A stretch of DNA of 60,506 nt. Origin: a virus. Its lineage: Duplodnaviria; Caudoviricetes. Below the pieces are notes generated by a model. That model saw only the letters and a list, made by a program, of their open reading frames with translations, did no database searches and had not been told where the DNA came from. The stretch is from positions 1 through 60,506 of the IMG/VR virus record IMGVR_UViG_3300010412_000013. One strand, written 5' to 3'. This document shows, piece by piece, positions 54,306-60,506 of this stretch. Numbering within the stretch: the first letter of the stretch is position 1; the number at the start of each line of letters is the position of its first letter. A program made the translations under genes and the position numbers.

Positions 54306-54595
54306 GCGTAGCACAAGAACTTGAAAAGCAATTGCAGGAACAGTATGTGGCTGGTATTGGTTCCAATCTGGTCGGATACATAATGGACTATGAAGGTGGT
54401 GACCTTGCCGTGGAAGATGTGGTAAAATTGTTCGCATATCTGGTTCAGACCGGCAAGGCATGGTCTCTACAGGGTCACTATGGTCGAACCGCACAATCCC
54501 TTATTGAGCAGGGCTTGCTGCAAGAAAATGGCTATGTCAATTTTGATGCGCTGGAAATCCTGATGATGGATGCCGGTGCGGGAGAAGAAGAATGA
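54302..54595 (+). CDS. Conserved phage early protein
   Basis: YE.G.L...F..L..TG.AW.LQG.YGR.A..LIE.G. Confidence 0.6.
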   Translation: MSVAQELEKQLQEQYVAGIGSNLVGYIMDYEGGDLAVEDVVKLFAYLVQTGKAWSLQGHYGRTAQSLIEQGLLQENGYVNFDALEILMMDAGAGEEE

Positions 54596-55206
54596 GTACA
54601 AAGATTTATGGCGGGTTTGTAATTCGCAATATGTCTTGGTCAGACTTGTGCAAAAAGTGTATGGAAATCAGTGATGCCATTGAAGTTGCCACAAGACCGA
54701 CCGTTGAAGAATTGATTGACAGGCTCTTTGTTAAGCGCGATGATGGTACACCGAACCTTAGCCAATCAACACTGGCTGACAAAGATGGTAAGGTTTTGTC
54801 TGTGTTTGACATCCATCAAATAATCTATGATGCCGACAAGAATGATTCCTACAATGCATTCCTGAATGAAGACTTGTCGGCAGTGTTTTACCCAGACCCA
54901 GACGGTTCTAATGACATCTATGGTTGTGTTTTTGGTAATGGAACACCAAAGAAAATCTTTTTTGAATTGTCTGGTGCAGAAGAATATGCCTACTGGAACA
55001 ATACTGATGAACCCGAAGGGATGACTGAAGAAGAATGGGATGCAAGAAAGAACAAGTGGGAAAAACTTGTTCCAAAAAACAAGTTCAGTGAATCCGGCTT
55101 CTGTTTTGAATTTGCAAAAAATAATGAGTTGTTCTTTGCTATCAGCATGGCGATTAACGATGAAAATGGCAACAAACGAAAAGGGGAAAAAACCAATGAG
55201 CTTTAA
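54592..55206 (+). CDS. Conserved phage hypothetical protein
   Basis: MSTKIY.G...YAYWNNTD.PE.....EW..R...W. Confidence 0.6.
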   Translation: MSTKIYGGFVIRNMSWSDLCKKCMEISDAIEVATRPTVEELIDRLFVKRDDGTPNLSQSTLADKDGKVLSVFDIHQIIYDADKNDSYNAFLNEDLSAVFYPDPDGSNDIYGCVFGNGTPKKIFFELSGAEEYAYWNNTDEPEGMTEEEWDARKNKWEKLVPKNKFSESGFCFEFAKNNELFFAISMAINDENGNKRKGEKTNEL

Positions 55207-55585
55207 CATTTTCATTCCTTCTGTCGGAATGAAGTTCGTTGTATTGGAAGATGCCAAGGTAGAGCTTCCCAATACCTATGAGGGAATTGGTTATGCCGAC
55301 AACGTAGGTCTCATAAAAGACAATCAAGTCACCCAATGGTATAAGGATTACAATCAATATCTGAATAAAAACCATGTGCCAAGATTGCCTGAAGCCGAGG
55401 TGTTTCTTCCAAAGGGAACCGTATTCAGTCTTAACAAGATTTATGTCAGGAATGATGGATGGAACCATGACTATGTGACAATCAAGGTTTACGATAACCC
55501 GAATTTCAAAAGGGTCATACCAGTCAGTCTTGGCGAATTATCAAAAATTGATGTGGATTTTTTGGGGGATGAAAATGAGCAATAA
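55196..55585 (+). CDS. Hypothetical protein
   Basis: FIP..G...LPKGT......IYVR. Confidence 0.5.
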   Translation: MSFNIFIPSVGMKFVVLEDAKVELPNTYEGIGYADNVGLIKDNQVTQWYKDYNQYLNKNHVPRLPEAEVFLPKGTVFSLNKIYVRNDGWNHDYVTIKVYDNPNFKRVIPVSLGELSKIDVDFLGDENEQ

Positions 55586-55784
55586 TCAAAACTTGTGGTG
55601 GGGTTACCTGCATATCAATGGCAGTGTTCAGGTCAAGCGTTACTTTGACGAGCGTGACCTTGATGATGCTTATGAGAGTGATTTTGTGGATTTGGTCATT
55701 CATCCATTTCCAGCCGATGGTCGAACCGATGCAATAGCAAAGGTGCATCAAAAAATTGAATCTGGTCAAGTTATTAGTCGCTGA
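55575..55784 (+). CDS. Small conserved hypothetical protein
   Basis: WWGYLH.NGS.Q.KRYF...A.ES.FV.....PF.A. Confidence 0.55.
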   Translation: MSNNQNLWWGYLHINGSVQVKRYFDERDLDDAYESDFVDLVIHPFPADGRTDAIAKVHQKIESGQVISR

Positions 55785-55795
55785 GGAAATGTGTT

Positions 55796-56290
55796 ATGGA
55801 ACCTGATGGTGTTGTTATTGATGAAGTGAATGAGCGCGAAGAAGCCTACAAGAAACTTCTGGAATTCATGACCTTTGCCAGTTCTGAACATTTCAGGGCT
55901 GTGGCTATGGAAACTGCCAAGTCGAATCCGACATTCTTCATAAAGGCACTTGAGAAGAATGGATATTCTTTTGATGATGCCGTTATTAAAAATAAGGCAC
56001 CGTTATCTGATAGCAAAAATCCTGTCAATTTATTCCATCCAGAATATGGCACTGTGGCAATTATGTTGAAAGATATTTTACCGATTGCCTATCATATTAA
56101 AGAAACAAAAAAGGTTAATGCAATCAAGGCTTTCAGGGAAGTTACGGGTTTTGGTCTGAAGCAAGCCAAGACCTATTGTGATTCTTTTGAAGACTGGCTT
56201 GTTAATGTTGGGCTTTACCATATCAAGAATAGTAATCAAGAATTGATTCATGAAATTCAAAAACTTTCATTTACCATAAATCTGAGGTAA
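55796..56290 (+). CDS. Protein with ribosomal L7/L12 C-terminal-like domain
   Basis: KKVNAIKAFREVTGFGLKQAK. Confidence 0.65.
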   Translation: MEPDGVVIDEVNEREEAYKKLLEFMTFASSEHFRAVAMETAKSNPTFFIKALEKNGYSFDDAVIKNKAPLSDSKNPVNLFHPEYGTVAIMLKDILPIAYHIKETKKVNAIKAFREVTGFGLKQAKTYCDSFEDWLVNVGLYHIKNSNQELIHEIQKLSFTINLR

Positions 56291-56292
56291 TT

Positions 56293-56574
56293 ATGGACAC
56301 TATTAAGAAGTTGATTATCGCAGTGATTTTGATTATACTGTTTGTGTTTTTGTCTGGATGTGATGGTGTGGTGACCCCACAATCTTATGCAGTGGCATTC
56401 CAATTGTGCCAGCCGAATGATGGTGTCAAGTATATCGAAAACAACTTATGGGACGGAACCAAAGTCACATGCAACAACTATGCATATTTCGACAATACCG
56501 CTTTCGGCATTGAATATCGGAAGATGAACCAAGAGAACATTAACGAAAATTATAGTTCGGAGAAATCAAAATGA
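56293..56574 (+). CDS. Lipoprotein
   Basis: Lipobox LSGC. Confidence 0.6.
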   Translation: MDTIKKLIIAVILIILFVFLSGCDGVVTPQSYAVAFQLCQPNDGVKYIENNLWDGTKVTCNNYAYFDNTAFGIEYRKMNQENINENYSSEKSK

Positions 56575-56756
56575 AGAAACTGTTAGCTTCCCTTGCCATT
56601 GTGTTGTCTCTGTCTGGTTGCGGCTGGTATGAGCGTCAGGTTGCTTCCCTTACAGGAACATCCGAAGTATGTTATGGTGGTGTTGCCTATATACAATTCA
56701 CGTCTGGCACGACAGTCAAGTATAATCCCGATGGAACCATTGCGACCTGCCAATGA
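56571..56756 (+). CDS. Lipoprotein
   Basis: Lipobox LSGC; C..GV.Y.......Y..DG....C. Confidence 0.65.
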   Translation: MKKLLASLAIVLSLSGCGWYERQVASLTGTSEVCYGGVAYIQFTSGTTVKYNPDGTIATCQ

Positions 56757-57289
56757 ACATTTTTTACACATCAATAATTGCGTCTGAGTGTGCCATGAAC
56801 CATTGTAAGGTTCATCGCAACAAGATGATTGTTGAGTATGCCCAACTTCTGTCTTCGGCACATCATATGCTTGATGGAAAGAATGCTATAAGTGGCATCT
56901 ATAGACTTACCCACAAGAATCATCCTTGTGCTATATGGGTCAGGAAGACCAGAAGCAATTATATGTGGCTATATGATTTGCTCGATGAACTTCTTGACCA
57001 GTATCATCGAGACACAGGCAAGGTTCATAAAACATCCTCTGTGTTTGGGAGACTCGAAAGGTTCCCGTCAAACATACCCGATGGCAATTTTACTGAACCC
57101 CCAGAATGTATGCCGGATGAATTCAAGTCTGAGACGACATCAATTTCTTACAAGAAATATCTGAACTATAAGTATCTCGACTGGACTACCAGACCGAAGC
57201 CAATCAAGGTCGAGTTTTTTGGCAAGACACCAAATTGGGTTTCTGGCTATCAGTCCAATCTTGGCAAACGAGTTGTCAGAAAAGACTAA
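56753..57289 (+). CDS. Pyrimidine-dimer glycosylase (DenV)-related family protein
   Basis: MNIFY, H..KMIVEYAQLLS, THKNHPCAIWVR....NY.W, PP.CMPD. Confidence 0.7.
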   Translation: MNIFYTSIIASECAMNHCKVHRNKMIVEYAQLLSSAHHMLDGKNAISGIYRLTHKNHPCAIWVRKTRSNYMWLYDLLDELLDQYHRDTGKVHKTSSVFGRLERFPSNIPDGNFTEPPECMPDEFKSETTSISYKKYLNYKYLDWTTRPKPIKVEFFGKTPNWVSGYQSNLGKRVVRKD

Positions 57290-57334
57290 CCCTGTTAAAC
57301 TGCTCATAAATCAATCAAAAAACCTTTGGAGAAA

Positions 57335-57700
57335 ATGATGGCTATTATCTATCTTCTTGCTTGTATCGGTGCTGTGGCTATTGTGGCACTACCTTTCATA
57401 CTTTCAATGATTTCTGACATGAAATCTGTTATAGATTGTTATGAAGGCGGTGATGACGACTCCCTGTTAATGTTCGAGGAAAGTCAGGAGGAATTCCAGA
57501 ATTGTCTGAATGACTATGCTGCCGATGTTATCGAGAATGCCGTGACGGAAGCCAAGGTTCGCAAAGGTGTCACACACGACAAACTTCTTGAAGTGGCTAA
57601 TCGCCATCGTTCAGGTGAACTGGTTATTGTGATGAATACCGACAGCCTTTTTGATGGTCTCCAAATGCCCGTCGAAGCCGAGCCGGAGAAGGTAGAGTGA
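57335..57700 (+). CDS. Membrane-anchored acidic hypothetical protein
   Basis: GGAG RBS; N-terminal TM helix. Confidence 0.5.
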   Translation: MMAIIYLLACIGAVAIVALPFILSMISDMKSVIDCYEGGDDDSLLMFEESQEEFQNCLNDYAADVIENAVTEAKVRKGVTHDKLLEVANRHRSGELVIVMNTDSLFDGLQMPVEAEPEKVE

Positions 57701-58251
57701 TGAATCTGGCAAGGGTCATTGTGGTTGTTCTAGCCATAATGACATTCTCTGTCAGTGCCGGTGAAGTGCCAAGGCGAGTGGTGATAATCGACCAAGAACC
57801 ACAGACCGTTCTGGATATCAGGAATGCTTGGGTCGAAGCCATACTGACCGGTGTATATTCTGTAGACAAGAAACAGGCAAGGGAACTTGCACCAGTCATA
57901 ACCAATGCGGCATTTGAAAATGAGGTTCCGGTAGAAATACTGACAAGCCTGATTCACATCGAATCGTCTTTCAAGCCGGATGCAAAATCCAACAAGGGTG
58001 CCATTGGCTATGCCCAAGTGATGCCGCGATATTGGGATGGTGTTACTCCCTATAACATTCGCGACAAGTATGAAAACATCTATGCCGGTGCGTTCATACT
58101 GAGGCGATATTTCGAGAAGACTGGTTCATGGAGAAAGGCAATCGAAGCCTATAACATCGGCATAACCAATCACAGGAACAGAAGTTTTCTGGATAGTGCT
58201 TCACTATACCTGAGCAGAATTAAAAACAGTATCAAAAAACTTATTGACTGA
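57697..58251 (+). CDS. Secreted lytic transglycosylase (SLT domain)
   Basis: Signal peptide; IESSF, GAIGYAQVM, ENI..G...L, AYN.G. Confidence 0.85.
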   Translation: MMNLARVIVVVLAIMTFSVSAGEVPRRVVIIDQEPQTVLDIRNAWVEAILTGVYSVDKKQARELAPVITNAAFENEVPVEILTSLIHIESSFKPDAKSNKGAIGYAQVMPRYWDGVTPYNIRDKYENIYAGAFILRRYFEKTGSWRKAIEAYNIGITNHRNRSFLDSASLYLSRIKNSIKKLID

Positions 58252-58261
58252 GGTCTTGATT

Positions 58262-58666
58262 ATGAAAAATACCAATGAAGTTATGTTTGTCACCAGATAT
58301 ACACTCATTACAAATCCGTTTCGATATCTCAAGTTGCTGATGATTAATTTATTGCAGTTCATTTACTCGCCGATAGAGGCAGTTCAACTAATGATTAATT
58401 TGTCTAGGATGGAAACGATTGTAAAATCTTCGGACAAGATTAATGCCATTAATCGGTTTTGGATATCGATGTATTTTGGCATAACGTGTTTTGTTTCTTT
58501 CTTTGCTGTCTTGATGACAAGGTTCATAGATTTGGCTCTGTGTTTCGCATTCATCGACAAAAACCGTTCTGCCTATTTTGAGGAAACCGGAAAGAAACTG
58601 ACAAAGGATGAAATCAGGGAATACTCCAAACTTCTGAATGAAGAAGCCAAAGATATTTGGAAATAG
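58262..58666 (+). CDS. Hypothetical membrane protein
   Basis: GAGG RBS; hydrophobic segments. Confidence 0.5.
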   Translation: MKNTNEVMFVTRYTLITNPFRYLKLLMINLLQFIYSPIEAVQLMINLSRMETIVKSSDKINAINRFWISMYFGITCFVSFFAVLMTRFIDLALCFAFIDKNRSAYFEETGKKLTKDEIREYSKLLNEEAKDIWK

Positions 58667-58712
58667 TAATCATTCTTATTTGTAATGTCATTTGTTATGT
58701 TCCGGTGAAAAC

Positions 58713-59225
58713 ATGCCAAAAAGTCTCAAAGAGAGGGTGCGCCAAAAGCCACCCAAAAACCCCACAAAGCGTTTAACTATCGAACTGGTGCCACAGACTA
58801 GCTGGTTCAATAACGTGCGTTCTATCGTTACCCAAGAGGAATGGAACCATATCCGCAAGTTCATTTACCAACGTGCCGGATATGTTTGTGAAATCTGTGG
58901 TGGCAGGGGTTCAAAGCATCCTGTCGAGTGCCATGAGGTCTGGAAGTTCGAGGAAAGACCTGATAATGATTCTCATTTACAAACGCTGGTTGACCTGATT
59001 GCCCTTTGCCCAGCTTGCCACCAAGTCAAGCATATCGGTCTGAGCCTCCACAGGGGTCTGGGAGAGCAGGCAACCCGCCACCTGATGTATGTCAATGGCA
59101 TGACCGAAGACGAGGCTTATGCCTACATACAGGAGGCATTCAGGATTTGGGAAGAACGGTCCAATCACCAATGGGAAGTTGATATCTCTCGTCTGGGTGC
59201 TATACTAAAATCAGAGGGATTGTAA
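58713..59225 (+). CDS. HNH endonuclease family protein
   Basis: IELVP..W..NVR, CEICG, ECHE.W, LCPACH..KH.G. Confidence 0.85.
   Translation: MPKSLKERVRQKPPKNPTKRLTIELVPQTSWFNNVRSIVTQEEWNHIRKFIYQRAGYVCEICGGRGSKHPVECHEVWKFEERPDNDSHLQTLVDLIALCPACHQVKHIGLSLHRGLGEQATRHLMYVNGMTEDEAYAYIQEAFRIWEERSNHQWEVDISRLGAILKSEGL
59178..59206 (+). promoter_or_regulatory. Early-type promoter GTTGAT-N17-TATACT (extended -10 TGc)
   Basis: Within the HNH gene 3' end, 40 nt before the next ATG. Confidence 0.4.
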
Positions 59226-59246
59226 ATTCCAAACAGCGAGGCAGAC

Positions 59247-59507
59247 ATGAAAAAAATAGTCAATTACTTTACCCGAAAGTCTGATGTATCGGAGGCATTC
59301 GTCATATACCAGAAGGCAGCAAACGTGATACATGGTGTTTATAAGTTTGACCAGACCTATTCTGCTGCATCCTATGCAAATCTGGCTTGCCGAAAAATCA
59401 GGAACCTGAAAATCACAAAAAGTCTATCGGATGAATTGTGTTGTGCAATCTCTGACCTGATAGAAGAAAAACTGGATGAAATTGAACTGGAATCCGAAAA
59501 GAACTGA
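59247..59507 (+). CDS. Hypothetical protein
   Basis: GAGG RBS. Confidence 0.5.
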   Translation: MKKIVNYFTRKSDVSEAFVIYQKAANVIHGVYKFDQTYSAASYANLACRKIRNLKITKSLSDELCCAISDLIEEKLDEIELESEKN

Positions 59508-59518
59508 GAGAATTTGTT

Positions 59519-60307
59519 ATGTTTTTGCGTATACTGAGTGACATCCATCTTGAATCAAAGATGATGGAAATCCAACCAGAGATTGATGACTGCTACACGA
59601 CACTGGTGTTAGCTGGTGACATCATGCCAATCAAATGCCACCCGCGTTGGTCGCACATACGCGACCGCCTGCGCGAATTCATGACAACCGTTACCAAGCA
59701 ATTCAAGGAAGTCATTGTGGTTCTGGGAAACCATGACTATTACCACAACGAATTCCATGCTGCCAAGAAAGCGTGGAAAGACTTGGCGAATGAGTTAGGA
59801 TTCACCGTTCTGGATAGGGAAACCTTGATTCGTGATGACGTGGCAATCATTGGTGCAACACTCTGGACAGACTACAATGGTGCTGACCCATTCCTGATGC
59901 TGAATGCCAAGAACTACATGTATGACTATACGGTAATCAATGTTGATGGCAAAGGGATGACATCACAGTTCATTTATGACCATCACATGGCAGACAAGAA
60001 TTTCATCTTCTCTGAAATCTACAAGCACAAGGATGAAGGCAGGAAGGTTGTGGTGGTGACACACCATGCGCCATCATGGAAAAGTGTGACTGCCCGTTTC
60101 GTTGGTGATGGTGGCAATGGCTACTTTGTCAACCAGCTTGATGAAGACATTCTGGATGCCAAGCCTGACGTGTGGATACATGGTCATGTGCATTCCCAGC
60201 ATGACTATGCCATTGGCGATTGCCGCGTCTTGTGTAATTCCAGAGGCTATGCGGGTCACTACGAAGAAGTGGGCGAATTCAAAGAGCGTTTGATTATTGA
60301 GGTGTGA
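59519..60307 (+). CDS. Calcineurin-like metallophosphoesterase
   Basis: SDIH, AGD, GNHD, THHAP, HGHVH. Confidence 0.92.
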   Translation: MFLRILSDIHLESKMMEIQPEIDDCYTTLVLAGDIMPIKCHPRWSHIRDRLREFMTTVTKQFKEVIVVLGNHDYYHNEFHAAKKAWKDLANELGFTVLDRETLIRDDVAIIGATLWTDYNGADPFLMLNAKNYMYDYTVINVDGKGMTSQFIYDHHMADKNFIFSEIYKHKDEGRKVVVVTHHAPSWKSVTARFVGDGGNGYFVNQLDEDILDAKPDVWIHGHVHSQHDYAIGDCRVLCNSRGYAGHYEEVGEFKERLIIEV

Positions 60308-60308
60308 T

Positions 60309-60494
60309 ATGTGCTATCGTTGTTCATGGGGATGTAAATCCTTCGACCCAAATTGTGATGCTTGTGAGGCACAAAGGGAAAATGATAATCCCTATAGTTC
60401 GTCTTCTTCCAGAAAGACCGATAACCAATCATCAACAAACCATGGATGGTATGTTGGAGATAATGATGACACCGAAGATGACAACCCATATTAA
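60309..60494 (+). CDS. Small Cys-rich hypothetical protein
   Basis: GAGGTG RBS; CxxC...C...CxxC; Ser/Asp-rich tail. Confidence 0.45.
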   Translation: MCYRCSWGCKSFDPNCDACEAQRENDNPYSSSSSRKTDNQSSTNHGWYVGDNDDTEDDNPY

Positions 60495-60506
60495 ATGGAT
60501 TGATTA

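Noticed and set aside
58713-59225. HNH gene as mobile intron or homing element
   Set aside because: Free-standing, no interrupted host gene or intron structure seen.
1-60506. CRISPR array, tRNA or rRNA genes
   Set aside because: No regularly spaced repeat-spacer units or cloverleaf with T-loop GTTCRA seen in the intergenic gaps; a tRNAscan run would be definitive.
1-60506. Alternative genetic code (stop-codon reassignment)
   Set aside because: Core genes translate full length with the standard code and end at TAA, TGA or TAG as expected.

Overview
A 60.5-kb segment of a large T4-like (Tevenvirus/cyanomyovirus-type) dsDNA myophage. The host is probably Gram-negative, because a spanin pair is present. 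Recognisable core genes: primase gp61, thymidylate synthase, class II (B12-dependent) ribonucleotide reductase, RuvC-like resolvase, PhoH, exonuclease, gp33-gp59-gp32, and a baseplate/head block (gp29-like, gp51/gp26-like, gp54-like, gp2, gp4, gp48, gp53, gp27-like). Blocks of small, apparently early genes sit behind a recurring sigma70-like promoter (19-26 kb, 34.5-39 kb, 53-60.5 kb). Blocks of apparently late genes, several behind NATAAATA boxes (0-11.5 kb, 26-34.4 kb), encode about 19 proteins with N-terminal leaders resembling the T4 capsid-targeting sequence plus a prohead-protease site. Most notable: (1) a tandem array of four paralogous leader-bearing proteins with ADP-ribosyltransferase-like motifs and hypervariable inserts, plus two unrelated ART-like proteins; (2) a C5 DNA methyltransferase coupled to a CmoA-like carboxy-SAM synthase, suggesting carboxymethyl-cytosine DNA modification; (3) a ~190-nt intergenic element closed by a perfect 17-bp stem (candidate ncRNA); (4) a likely -1 frameshift joining the gp26/gp51-like ORFs; (5) a small gene flanked by a perfect 38-bp direct repeat; (6) Fur-box-like palindromes. 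All family calls come from motif recognition by eye, not database searches. No tRNA, rRNA, CRISPR array, integrase or transposase was seen.
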